NCBI GenBank assembly: GCA_030603365.1
Contig: JAUVXV010000001.1
Location: 288,001 to 352,000, forward strand
Origin: Candidatus Heimdallarchaeota archaeon
GTDB lineage: Archaea; Asgardarchaeota; Heimdallarchaeia; Heimdallarchaeales; Heimdallarchaeaceae
Direction of reading: 5' to 3'
DNA length: 64,000 nucleotides
Shown here piece after piece: positions 21,229 to 31,737 of the stretch. The stretch's first letter is position 1. The number at the start of each line of letters is the position of its first letter. The notes below the pieces were generated by a model. The model worked only from the letters and a program-made list of their open reading frames with translations. It ran no database searches and was not told the DNA's origin. Position numbers and translations under genes: made by a program.

Positions 21229-22365
21229 TTAAATACAGCGGTATACTGAAGTTGGTCCAACTTCTCTATATTCTTTGCGGGTAACCCACAATTTTGCGAA
21301 AGTCTTAAGCGAACTTAAGATACTACCACCTATCCACACTGAATATCTTCTTTCTGGGGGAGCAATGATTTTAACTTCCATTGTCTCTGGGACAAGTTCA
21401 GTTAGCTCTTTGTGTAAACGTTCCTTAAGACCTGGGAACATTGTTGAACCACCGGAAAGTACAATATTTGCGTAGAGATCTCTTCTTAAATCGACGTCAC
21501 AGTTTTGGATGGATCTATAAATTAATTCATCTAATGGGTTTTCTTCAGAACCAATTGCACCTGGATTGAACATTAATTCAGGAGCCATGAAACGTTCTGC
21601 ACCAATTGTGAGTGTTTCACCATCAGGTAAAGTATAAGTCTTTTCCATTCCAGAAACTTTTTCTGCTAGTTTTAGTTCTTTTTCAGGATCTAATGCTACG
21701 TAACAAAGACGTTCTTTGATGTCTCGGACGATTTCTCTCTCAGCACTGCTTGAGAGTGAGTATCCTCTTTGACGTAGAAGTCTGCGGAGATAGTCAGTTA
21801 CATCACGACCACCAATATCTGATCTGTGAATTGCGTGACTAATAGCGAATCCTTCGTATACTGGCACAATGTGGGTAACTCCGTCTCCAGAGTCTACTAC
21901 TATACCAGTTGTACGACCAGAAGCGTAAAGTGATAAAATAGCCTGCATTGAGATATACATTGCAGGAACATTGAATGTATCAAACATCAACTCTGCCATT
22001 TTCTCTTTATTCTGATTCTTGTTTAAGGGTGGTTCTGTTAAAAGAACTGGATGTTCATTAGGATTAACTCTTAAGTCGTTGTAAAAAGTATAATGCCAAA
22101 TCCTTTCCATTGCATCCCAATCTTGAACCTGTCCATGTTCGACAGGGTAGACAAGTTTCAAAACACCACGAAGGTTTATTGCTTCCTCGCCTATGTAATA
22201 TTCTCTGACGTAATGCTCAACATCAGTCATAATGATCTGATATTTTGGATAACCAATAATTGTTGGGAAAACGCTTCTTGGTTGATCTTCTCCTGCAAAA
22301 CCATTTTTTGTGAAACCAGTACCATTGTCTATAACTAGCGGTTTATTCTGAATCATCTCTTCCAT
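21229..22365 (-). CDS. Asgard actin (conserved Lokiactin-type)
   Basis: [85 protein letters not shown]. Confidence 0.98.
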   Translation of the reverse strand: MEEMIQNKPLVIDNGTGFTKNGFAGEDQPRSVFPTIIGYPKYQIIMTDVEHYVREYYIGEEAINLRGVLKLVYPVEHGQVQDWDAMERIWHYTFYNDLRVNPNEHPVLLTEPPLNKNQNKEKMAELMFDTFNVPAMYISMQAILSLYASGRTTGIVVDSGDGVTHIVPVYEGFAISHAIHRSDIGGRDVTDYLRRLLRQRGYSLSSSAEREIVRDIKERLCYVALDPEKELKLAEKVSGMEKTYTLPDGETLTIGAERFMAPELMFNPGAIGSEENPLDELIYRSIQNCDVDLRRDLYANIVLSGGSTMFPGLKERLHKELTELVPETMEVKIIAPPERRYSVWIGGSILSSLKTFAKLWVTRKEYREVGPTSVYRCI

Positions 22366-22595
22366 AGTTATCACTTTTACATGTTTTTTTTGAAGCCAAA
22401 TTTAGTTATGGTCTTATAGATTCATAACCTTCTCGTATTAAATAAATGTTATGATAGTATAAGCCGGATTTTACGTTATCACTAACGTAGCTTTTATAAG
22501 CAAAACTCAAGAATCTATCCTTTCGGCAGTGTAGTTCTATCTAGAACTTTTTTCCCCTTATTTTCAAATAATAGAATTTATGTCTATAGCAGAAG

Positions 22596-23588
22596 TTAGA
22601 AACTACCATAATAGATTAGATTGTTTCGTATTTCTTCTTCAGAAAAACCTGCATTAATACCTACAGTTATCCTAATCAGATCCATAGTTTCTGCAAGCTT
22701 TAATTCAAAAAATCCTATAAGAGCATCGGATTGAAAAACGGTCCCATAACGGAAGGTTTTTCTCCAGTATTTTAATAAATATCTTTCAACTGCAAATTCC
22801 ATGTCATGAAGAGGAACATCCTTTAAACCTATGTATTGTGAAAAAATTGTCTTATAAGGAGAATAATTATAGATTTCTAGTACTTCTTGAATACTCTTAG
22901 CTTTCAACCCCTTAGCAATGAAAGCGTTTGGTAAGATATAGCGATATGCAGGGATTTCCAAGGCTAGACATCGGCATAGTGCTAATATGTTTCTCATATT
23001 AACATATGTTTCATAACGCTTAGAGACTTTTGGGAGAATACTGTAAATATATTGATCAATAGCAGATTCAAGAGGAGTGAATCTATTGGTTGCTTTGAAT
23101 TCTTCAAGAGCCTTTTTTAAATCCATTTGGAAGGATTTTTCGTTTTGCATGGATATAATTTCTTCAATTGGCATATTGATCAGACGTGAATAATAATCTA
23201 AAGAATAATCTGCAACTGGAACTAGTCGTGCTATAATTTCTTCTTGCTTCATTCCTTTATGCTTTCCTTGGAGAATAATCCGAAGATTTTCTGCATTATA
23301 CCTCTCACTAAAACGTCTAATCTTCTTCTTTACAGATGTGTTGGATTGTTTGTAGAATTTTACCAAAATTTCAGCAAAAGAGTTTTTAAAATTTCTAGCA
23401 ACATCTGACAATTGAGTTTCAAAATTAAGACTCCCAATCACACTATCATAGGGAGTTTGTGTAAATGCAGCACGTAACTCTTTAAGATTCCTTGATGATA
23501 AAAGCAAACTTAATTGAGACTTTGTTAGAAAGTTTCCAATAATCCCGTGAGCCCGTCCTAGTAAATAGCTGATGTCACCAAATGCCAT
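22596..23588 (-). CDS. atpC: A/V-type ATP synthase subunit C (V0 d homolog)
   Basis: YLLGRAHG...FLT, TPY, ENLRIILQGK, C-terminal DLIRITVG; abuts subunit I. Confidence 0.85.
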   Translation of the reverse strand: MAFGDISYLLGRAHGIIGNFLTKSQLSLLLSSRNLKELRAAFTQTPYDSVIGSLNFETQLSDVARNFKNSFAEILVKFYKQSNTSVKKKIRRFSERYNAENLRIILQGKHKGMKQEEIIARLVPVADYSLDYYSRLINMPIEEIISMQNEKSFQMDLKKALEEFKATNRFTPLESAIDQYIYSILPKVSKRYETYVNMRNILALCRCLALEIPAYRYILPNAFIAKGLKAKSIQEVLEIYNYSPYKTIFSQYIGLKDVPLHDMEFAVERYLLKYWRKTFRYGTVFQSDALIGFFELKLAETMDLIRITVGINAGFSEEEIRNNLIYYGSF

Positions 23589-23589
23589 G

Positions 23590-26500
23590 TTAACTACCCT
23601 TTTCCGTCACATAATTTATGAACTTGAGCTGTTCTGTTATGGGAAGATACTCTTTTCCATCTCCAGTATAGAATTTAGAAAACCATTCAACCCAATGAAG
23701 ACGAAGGGTATTCAAGAAAGAAAGAAGTCCTTCTAAGGGTAAAATGATAAATATCGCCATTACTATTCCAACAACCCACCAAACCCATGAAACACCTAAA
23801 GCAGATACATAATGCCCATGTATCAAACCTGAATAATCTGCAAGATGCCCTAGATGGCCTACATCCAAAGACAATCCTGAAAATGTTGAGAATACTGCCA
23901 TAAGATCTACCCCTGTTAATGTAAAGGGTAATCCACTTAATATGGCATGTACGAGTAATAAAGCCATAATTCGGCTGAAGGATAAGGTATTGGAAATCAA
24001 TGCTATGATGTGATCAATTGCATCCATTATTCCATCAGATTTTGCGTGCATATATTCTAGTACAAATAAAATAGGTGTCACTCCAAGGAGATAAATAGTC
24101 CACGTTGGCATCATTGGCAAAGTGAAATGAAATACTTCAGATGTAACATCCTTTGCGATTATATTGTAAAGCATTGCAAAAATTCCAACATAAACTACGG
24201 ATAGTGATAGAGGGGCACCCCAAGATGCAAATCCGTGACCATATCGTATGTTCTGATATACCTTTAACCAAATACCCAATTGAATCATTAGAAAACCAAT
24301 AGTTAGCGCTAATACCAAAAATAGTTTGGTTTCCTCAAGAGGATTGATGAGTGGTAACCAGTTAATCCCTGCAGCATGGTACAATTCCGCAAGAAAATGT
24401 TCATCTCCTAATAATGAACCAAATAAGAACCCGAAAATCGTCGCTGCAAGTCCGCAGAAAAACAGAAGTTCGGCTCCTGCATAGAGATATCCTGTCATAG
24501 ATTCATCTGGTTGAATTTTCTTTCTTTTCTTATTAAAAACAAAGAAGGTAGCAACTAAAGAAAGAAGAATACCATGACCAACATCAGCAAACATGATTCC
24601 AAAAAGCAGTGGGAAAGTAAATCTGATAATTGAATAAGGATCAACTTCTTTAGGACTGGGTTGACCAATACCTCCAACAATACCTCTTAATGCTCCAAAG
24701 ACTTTTCCACTTTTAGTTATAGATGGATTAACAAGAGGTACTTCTGGATTGACAGATACATCTAATTCAAATGATAAAGAATCTTTCTCTTTTTCAATCA
24801 GTTTCAATTTTTGTTTAGAAATCCAACCCCAAAATACAATATTATTCTCTGAGATTTGACATTTTTCAATTGTTGAAAGCCTGTGAAGTTCATTGGAAAT
24901 AAGTTCATTAGTAGCAAGTAATTTGTCTACTGATTCTACTTTGAGTTTTTCTAATTCTGCATCTTTCTTTTCCAATTCCTTCTCTGTTTCTTTCAAAACA
25001 TCTTTCAATGAAACTTTGCGGTCTACAACAGTTATATCTGTTTCAATTGGTTGAAATGAGTATTCGTTTAATACCCTTGAAATTGCTTTGTCATATTCTT
25101 TTAGAGAAAGTACTAAAATATTTATTTGGTTTGAGTTTGAGTCTGAAGATTCAGCATCCCAGAAAACCAAATTTCCATCAGAAACTTCATTCAAGAAGAA
25201 TTTTACAGCTTTGTAATGATTTTTTGGTATAGAACCCAAATGTGTGACAGTTTGAAAACCACTCTGTAAAAGAACTGCATCGATTCCTTTTTCTTTTAGT
25301 CCTTCTTCAAATGGTAAAGAGAGTTCAATTTGATCATGTTTTCTTCGTAATTCATGATATTCTTCTGAAAATTTGAGTGTTTTTTCTTCATATTCTCTAA
25401 AGAAATTCTCAATAAAAGCTTTAGAATGACTATACTCATCTGAGATTTGGTATTTGTCAGTTTTTTTTTCCTTTTTCTCTTCAGGTTTTATAATGTCAAT
25501 TAATTTTGAGACTCTTGTTTGATATTGTGTAAGTTCTACTTGTAGATTCTTTGCCTTATCAAGAGAATTATCATCGAGGGAACCAATCTTAACAGGATGT
25601 ATACTATTAAGTGAATGAATATAAGAGATTAATTTCCTAGTATTTTCCTCTTTACTCTCTAGTTTAATAAATACTGCTTTTTTTGCAAACAGAAATCCTT
25701 CTCCTCCACCAGCATGAGGAGGATGAGGAATATGTTTACTAGTTTCTTTTTCGACTAAATCAAATGTTTTTATAGTGAAAATTTCTTGTTCCACATCTCT
25801 TTCTTTCTTGTGAGATAGTGGAACATCTTCAAGGATTCTGATATTTGCTTCAAATTCAAGATTTTTCAGATTATCATTAAATTTAGCAAAATCTTTCGAT
25901 TTTACCCATCCCCATATTGTGAAATTTTTAGAATCTGTACGTCCTTTTTCTTCTTTGGTAAGGATGGCATGAGTTTCAGTAATAATAGTAAGTTTATGTC
26001 GCAATTCATCATTTACCTTAGAGGATAAACTCTCGAAGTCTGCCTCAAATCGATCAATGTCGCCACTTACTTCAGAATGAAGTTTGGTTATTTTGGTGGT
26101 TTTACGAATTTCTTCAATAGATTTCAAAGTACCAAAATCGAATTTTGTTTCATCAAAATAATTATCTTTGAGTATCTCATAAACGCGATCTTTATACTCC
26201 TCTAAAGAGATTATAATCGCAACTTTTTTTTCTATGTCTTCTGTTAATGAACTCCAGAAGAACAATCTCCCTGCTGTAATCTCATGCAAATAGAAGACAA
26301 TGAATTCTTCATATGAACTTGGTATCTCTCCTAAAGCTGTAAATGTGCCTGCACTTGAAGAGAGTAAATCAATAGACAACTCTTCTTTCTCTATTTTATT
26401 TTGGAACAATGTTAGAACTGAAAGAATTCTTTCTTCTTTTTTTAGTTTCTTCAAGTCATTGAAATTTGTTGTCATTGATTCTTCGTGTTTTTCAAGAAAA

Positions 26501-26787
26501 GATTTCAAATCTTGACTTACTGTATCAGGATTTTGAATCTGAACTTTTTCTTCCTCCTTCAATGAGGGAAGTTCTTCTAATGGTATATTTAGAATAGAAC
26601 TCAATTGTATCAATCTTGAACCACAATCTTCCAAATCTTCCTTGAATGACTGAATACGTGCTTGTTCTTTAGGACTTTGAGGATCTACGATTATCTGTTC
26701 GTACACTTCAAGGTCAGATATGTGTGCTAGGAGTTCATTCGTATGTTTGACTGGTGTCTGAACTTTTACTAGTTTGAACTTTGCCAT
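23590..26787 (-). CDS. atpI: A/V-type ATP synthase subunit I (V0 a), unusually long with a duplicated soluble domain
   Basis: EVDP, FPLLFGIMFADVGHG, ISNTLSFSRIMAL, LRLHWVEWFSKFY. Confidence 0.93.
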   Translation of the reverse strand: MAKFKLVKVQTPVKHTNELLAHISDLEVYEQIIVDPQSPKEQARIQSFKEDLEDCGSRLIQLSSILNIPLEELPSLKEEEKVQIQNPDTVSQDLKSFLEKHEESMTTNFNDLKKLKKEERILSVLTLFQNKIEKEELSIDLLSSSAGTFTALGEIPSSYEEFIVFYLHEITAGRLFFWSSLTEDIEKKVAIIISLEEYKDRVYEILKDNYFDETKFDFGTLKSIEEIRKTTKITKLHSEVSGDIDRFEADFESLSSKVNDELRHKLTIITETHAILTKEEKGRTDSKNFTIWGWVKSKDFAKFNDNLKNLEFEANIRILEDVPLSHKKERDVEQEIFTIKTFDLVEKETSKHIPHPPHAGGGEGFLFAKKAVFIKLESKEENTRKLISYIHSLNSIHPVKIGSLDDNSLDKAKNLQVELTQYQTRVSKLIDIIKPEEKKEKKTDKYQISDEYSHSKAFIENFFREYEEKTLKFSEEYHELRRKHDQIELSLPFEEGLKEKGIDAVLLQSGFQTVTHLGSIPKNHYKAVKFFLNEVSDGNLVFWDAESSDSNSNQINILVLSLKEYDKAISRVLNEYSFQPIETDITVVDRKVSLKDVLKETEKELEKKDAELEKLKVESVDKLLATNELISNELHRLSTIEKCQISENNIVFWGWISKQKLKLIEKEKDSLSFELDVSVNPEVPLVNPSITKSGKVFGALRGIVGGIGQPSPKEVDPYSIIRFTFPLLFGIMFADVGHGILLSLVATFFVFNKKRKKIQPDESMTGYLYAGAELLFFCGLAATIFGFLFGSLLGDEHFLAELYHAAGINWLPLINPLEETKLFLVLALTIGFLMIQLGIWLKVYQNIRYGHGFASWGAPLSLSVVYVGIFAMLYNIIAKDVTSEVFHFTLPMMPTWTIYLLGVTPILFVLEYMHAKSDGIMDAIDHIIALISNTLSFSRIMALLLVHAILSGLPFTLTGVDLMAVFSTFSGLSLDVGHLGHLADYSGLIHGHYVSALGVSWVWWVVGIVMAIFIILPLEGLLSFLNTLRLHWVEWFSKFYTGDGKEYLPITEQLKFINYVTEKGS

Positions 26788-26919
26788 CTATAAGCCACCG
26801 ATACACTAAACTAATCACGATGGAGATTTGAAAAAGATTTTAAAATCTTCCTCTCTGGCAGAAAGGGATTTACCAACATATAACAAAAACCTAAAGATAA
26901 AAAAAAGAAAAGAAAATAT

Positions 26920-28725
26920 TTATTTCCTATATTTTCTTCTAAAGAATTCTAATGCAGTTAAACCTAGGAATGCTATAATTACAAGTCCAGTAATTCCAAC
27001 TTCAGTGCTTGTTAAATCAAAACCTGCAAGTTCCATATAATCTCTGGCGATATCTAAATCGTAGACATATGGTTCAAGAGATTCATCGTAACCTACTACT
27101 GAATCTGGGATTGCAGTTGTTGCTGCAGCACCTAGTCCTTCTAAAATCTGGTCAACTATGATTTGACGTGGGCATGCGTGACTGATAGCTTTTCTTACAT
27201 TTTTAGCGGCTTCAGGAGTACCGAGGGGTGTCAATTCTCCAGTTCCCATTACAGGATGAAGCATATTGATTGACATTTCTTGGTGTGATGGATCTTTAAC
27301 AAGAACTCCTTCTACACCTACTGCGTCAAAGTCAGCGATTGTAGGAAAGTATTGAGCATCCATAATATCTATGCTTCCTGAAATTAGTTCAGCAACTGCT
27401 GTGTCTTTTCCAGAAATATAGGTAAGATAATACTCATCAAGTAATGGAACTTCACCACCAGAAGCCAAACTATCATCCCAATATGGATTTGGAATCATTT
27501 TTACAACACTGCTAATAGAATCAAAGGATTCTATCATAAATGGACCACATGATTTAACTAAAGACCAACCCACATTACCAGTACCTGGTACTTCATTGAA
27601 AATTGAAAATCCATGAGTTGATATTAGAGGTTCAACTTCACTCTTATCAATTATAGAAGCTAGGTTCAGTATGCTGTCCCATAGATTGAATATGCCGTCG
27701 AATTTAAAGAGCACTTGACCACCTACACCAGGAGTTATTATCTCAATAGAATCATTTGTTGGAAACCAATGAGTTAGAGTACCATAATTAGATGATCCAA
27801 CAGCGGGTGTCATATGTAATTCATAAGAATACTTTATATCTTCAGGAAGAACTGAACTTCCATCACTGAATTTCATGTCAGGATCAAGATTAACAGTTAC
27901 ATTGATTTTTTCGTCAACTACCTCTGATACAGTAAAATCAGAAGCAACTTGGGGTTCCCAGATGTGACTATCAACAGCTCTTTGTGCAATAGCACCATAT
28001 ACTGCTTGCATCCATTGACCATCATAAAATGATTCTTGGACATATGTGTTCCATTCTTTAAGATCAGCTGGAATGGCATATTTGATTACATGATCATCTG
28101 GATCATCCCAATTCTCTACACGATGTCCTCCACTAGCAATAAGGAGTGTGTCTATATCTACTATTCCTTCCTTAAATCCAAAAAGTGATCTTGGATAAAC
28201 AATAGGAATACATGGTAAGTCTTCGTACATTATAGCTTGTAACTCATATGCTAAAGCTATTCTGGCAGTTGTATCGAGTTCTGCCATATAGTCTTCCAGT
28301 TTTGCGTCATATACGGGGTTGCTATATTGATAATGATTGTCTCCATTAGGAGTTATAGCATCTGTTTCATACAAACTTTGTAAATTCAAATCTAGAGGCC
28401 AAGACCAGCCAACGAATAACAGATCATATCCGCCAAATTCATATGTTGGAATATAGTCATAATCAATGAATGGATAAGACCAGGTTCGAGGAGCAATATT
28501 GCCCCAGCCAGTTGATTCATGGAATGATATGCCTATACCAATCTGTGGTAAAAGTTGTTCCATTAACAACGACCATTGATTCCTGGCAGAGCTAGTATTT
28601 GGTGAAAGTAAGTATATTTCAAAAACTTCTTCAACCTCAGTTTCCTGAGCAGATGTTTGACCTAATGCAATTGAAAAGGTGAACAACAACATTAGAAACA
28701 AACTAAACATTTTGGTTTTTTTCAT
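26920..28725 (-). CDS. Family 5 (Opp/Dpp-like) solute-binding protein, circularly permuted, C-terminally anchored
   Basis: KFSDG, GPF, VRKAISHA, YDLDIAR, YSNPVYD, EDLPCIPIVY; signal peptide and C-terminal TM with basic tail. Confidence 0.85.
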   Translation of the reverse strand: MKKTKMFSLFLMLLFTFSIALGQTSAQETEVEEVFEIYLLSPNTSSARNQWSLLMEQLLPQIGIGISFHESTGWGNIAPRTWSYPFIDYDYIPTYEFGGYDLLFVGWSWPLDLNLQSLYETDAITPNGDNHYQYSNPVYDAKLEDYMAELDTTARIALAYELQAIMYEDLPCIPIVYPRSLFGFKEGIVDIDTLLIASGGHRVENWDDPDDHVIKYAIPADLKEWNTYVQESFYDGQWMQAVYGAIAQRAVDSHIWEPQVASDFTVSEVVDEKINVTVNLDPDMKFSDGSSVLPEDIKYSYELHMTPAVGSSNYGTLTHWFPTNDSIEIITPGVGGQVLFKFDGIFNLWDSILNLASIIDKSEVEPLISTHGFSIFNEVPGTGNVGWSLVKSCGPFMIESFDSISSVVKMIPNPYWDDSLASGGEVPLLDEYYLTYISGKDTAVAELISGSIDIMDAQYFPTIADFDAVGVEGVLVKDPSHQEMSINMLHPVMGTGELTPLGTPEAAKNVRKAISHACPRQIIVDQILEGLGAAATTAIPDSVVGYDESLEPYVYDLDIARDYMELAGFDLTSTEVGITGLVIIAFLGLTALEFFRRKYRK

Positions 28726-29044
28726 ATTATATCACTAGTATTTTCTTTTTGAGTGAGAACAATATTCTCATCTCATAAGAATATGTTCTAATCTACACTT
28801 ATATGTATTTCGCATATTATGAGAACAAGATTTAAAAAACTTTAAACATTAGAATGGATTGCTAAAACTATTATCTGGTATAGTTTAACCCTTTGAGATA
28901 AATGTTCTAATTATTGGATTACTGCGTTTCCAATAATTGAACTGTTTTTTGGTTAAGAAAAGATGAAATTCGAAAATCTTTATTATGTTAGACAGATTTT
29001 GTTTAATTTAAGAGATAAGATTTAATATTAAGAAGGAAGTTTCC

Positions 29045-29902
29045 ATGGAAATACAACTGATAGGAAAACAAGCTTCATTAGACTTTGAAGTTAGTGTTGA
29101 TTCTGCAACAGAGAAGTTTTTCCTCATGGATAGTCTATTAGATGAGCTTAATTTATCTCCTTTACAAAAATGTAAAAACCTGATTTCAATTAATCTCTGT
29201 TCAAATAATTTCTCTGAAATAAATCTTACACCATTGAGTAAGTGCAGGAAACTAAAACATATAGATCTTAGTAATAACAATCTTATCAGAATAAATCTTG
29301 AACCAATGGCAAAATGTAAACATATAGAATCAATTAATCTTCAAAATAATCTTTTAACAGAAGTTGATCTAGCTTCTTTAGAGTCTAATAAGAAACTTAA
29401 ATCAATAAATCTAGATTACAATTTAATACAAAATCTTAACCTCTCTTCTGATATTCAATGGTCTAACATGGAAGAATTACGTCTTTATAGTAATGATCTA
29501 CAAAAAATTGATTTAAAACCTCTTGAAAACTGTAGAAAAATAAGAGAGATAGATTTGGGAGATAATCAACTTTCTAAAATAAATCTTAAACCACTGATGA
29601 ATTATGATAAAATAGAATCAATCTCTTTAGAAAGAAATAAACTAAAAAAAATTGATCTAAGTAAAGTGGAAAACAAGCTTAAGAATTACGTATTATGTAC
29701 TGATCCAGATGTAAAGATAAAGGGTCTTGATGTTAAAACTGAAAAGAAAAAAGCTGAGATAGTTTATTCAAAGGGTGTTTATTATAGCGATGAACAAGAA
29801 AGTAGTCTTGAACAATTTTTCCAAAATGAAAAGGAAGAAAAAAGAATCAAAAGAGATAACATCTTAGCGGAAATAAGAAAAATTGAAAATGGTCCTGTGT
29901 AA
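29045..29902 (+). CDS. Leucine-rich repeat protein (22-aa repeats)
   Basis: Repeated LxPLxxCxxLxxIxLxxNxLxxI. Confidence 0.92.
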   Translation: MEIQLIGKQASLDFEVSVDSATEKFFLMDSLLDELNLSPLQKCKNLISINLCSNNFSEINLTPLSKCRKLKHIDLSNNNLIRINLEPMAKCKHIESINLQNNLLTEVDLASLESNKKLKSINLDYNLIQNLNLSSDIQWSNMEELRLYSNDLQKIDLKPLENCRKIREIDLGDNQLSKINLKPLMNYDKIESISLERNKLKKIDLSKVENKLKNYVLCTDPDVKIKGLDVKTEKKKAEIVYSKGVYYSDEQESSLEQFFQNEKEEKRIKRDNILAEIRKIENGPV

Positions 29903-29924
29903 CCATACTTTACCTTGAATGACC

Positions 29925-30311
29925 CTAAAAGCTACTTAAAACTTCTGTTGTTTCAGGTACATATTTTTTAATTACTTGCATTGCTAATCCTACATTATGC
30001 AAATCCCTACTTGCACCGATTAGGATGTAATCTCCTGCACTAGCAAGAATTGTGAAACCTTCCTCTCCTCTTATCAAAACTTGTTCAAGATTTCCGTGAG
30101 CAAGATTATTTGTTACCATTCTTCCTGTGGACAAAATTGCTGATGAAACTGCACTTAGAAGGTCAGGATCTGTACCTTTCTCTGAAAAAAATGCTACTTT
30201 AATTCCCTCTTGATTTACAACAGCTAAAGCTTCTAAATCACAACCAAGTGATATTTGTTTCAAAATTCTGACCAATTGTTTTTTTTGTCCTGGTGATAAA
30301 TCTATAGACAT
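29925..30311 (-). CDS. Roadblock/LC7 (MglB/LAMTOR-like) protein
   Basis: AVVNQEG, LSAVSSAILS, LEQVLIRGEEG, NVGLA. Confidence 0.9.
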   Translation of the reverse strand: MSIDLSPGQKKQLVRILKQISLGCDLEALAVVNQEGIKVAFFSEKGTDPDLLSAVSSAILSTGRMVTNNLAHGNLEQVLIRGEEGFTILASAGDYILIGASRDLHNVGLAMQVIKKYVPETTEVLSSF

Positions 30312-30507
30312 TTTCTAACACCTAATTTCTCTACTCAAATATAAGAAATATAACACTATTAAAGTTATTGAAATAAGAAAAGGGATTAACCCTTTTGCTA
30401 GTCTTATCAACTGTATTATGATTTTAATATTCTCGAAGAACTAATTATTCCGATGAAAAATTCGCTTGGAATAAACATTTTTATTTGGTTGTGAATCTCG
30501 CATACTC

Positions 30508-31737
30508 ATGAAACTGTTGTTTGTTGTGATGGACGGTCTTGGAGATAGACCTATAAAGGAACTAGATAATAAGACTCCTTTAGAATATGCGAATACTCCT
30601 AATATGGATAAATTTGCGTCATTAGGTATGAATGGATTACTACATGTAATTGCCCCAGGTGTCACACCAGGAAGTGATACAGCCCATTTAGCTTTGTTTG
30701 GTGTAGATCCATATGAATATTATACAGGTAGAGGTCCTTTTGAAGCTGCAGGAATTGGATTAGAAGTTAAGCAAGGAGATATTGCATTTAGAACAAATTT
30801 TGCTACAATAAACACAGAAGATATAATTACAGACAGAAGAGCTGGACGAATAAGCGAGGGAACAAAAGAACTGGCTGAACTGTTTAAAAATATGGAAATC
30901 GATGGCGTTGAGATATTGTTGGTGGCGGGAACAGAGCATAGAGCTGCTCTTGTTCTTAGAGGTGATGGTTTATCTGATAGAGTTTCTGAAAATGATCCTC
31001 ATGTTGAGGGTCAAAAACCATTGGAATTTAAACCTCTTGAGGATACTCCAGAGGCTCAGAAAACAGCAAGAGTTTTAACTACTTTTGTAATGAAAGCAAA
31101 AACTTTGTTATCAAACGCTGAACTAAATAAAAACAGAGAATCTCAAGGGTTACCACTCGCTAATTATTTGCTTATTCGGGGAGCAGGTAAAGTTCCTCAA
31201 GTGCCAAATTTTGAAGAAGAATACTGTTTAGAATCTGCTTGTGTTGCAGGAGGAGGGCTCTATAAAGGTGTAGGAAGAATGCTGGGAATGCACATTATAG
31301 AAGATTCAAGATTGACTGGCGGTACTACAACCAATTTAACTGCTAAGTTCGATGTAGCGTTGGAAGCTCTTCAGACATATGATTTTGTTTTCACTCATGT
31401 TAAAGGTACAGATAATTTTTCCCATGATGGAAATCCTGTGGGAAAAATGAAATTCATTGAAAAGGTTGACAAAGAACTTTACAGATTCCTACCTGAGAAT
31501 TTCAAAAATGATCTTGTTGTAATGATAACTGGAGATCATAGTAGTCCTTGCAGTTTCAAAGATCACTCAGCAGATCCAGTTCCTGTTGTGATTTATTCAC
31601 CTGATTGCAGAGTAGATAAAGTAGAAAAATTTGGTGAAAGTTATGCAGCAGAAGGTAATCTAGGGCATCTGTTAGGGAAACATTTAATGGGCATTGCTCT
31701 AAATGAGTTAAGATTGGTGCACAAATTTGGGGCCTAA
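30508..31737 (+). CDS. apgM: 2,3-bisphosphoglycerate-independent phosphoglycerate mutase, archaeal type
   Basis: DGLGDRP, PGSDTAHL, GRGPFEAAG, DRRAGRI, SHDG, TGDHSSP, HSADPVP. Confidence 0.96.
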   Translation: MKLLFVVMDGLGDRPIKELDNKTPLEYANTPNMDKFASLGMNGLLHVIAPGVTPGSDTAHLALFGVDPYEYYTGRGPFEAAGIGLEVKQGDIAFRTNFATINTEDIITDRRAGRISEGTKELAELFKNMEIDGVEILLVAGTEHRAALVLRGDGLSDRVSENDPHVEGQKPLEFKPLEDTPEAQKTARVLTTFVMKAKTLLSNAELNKNRESQGLPLANYLLIRGAGKVPQVPNFEEEYCLESACVAGGGLYKGVGRMLGMHIIEDSRLTGGTTTNLTAKFDVALEALQTYDFVFTHVKGTDNFSHDGNPVGKMKFIEKVDKELYRFLPENFKNDLVVMITGDHSSPCSFKDHSADPVPVVIYSPDCRVDKVEKFGESYAAEGNLGHLLGKHLMGIALNELRLVHKFGA

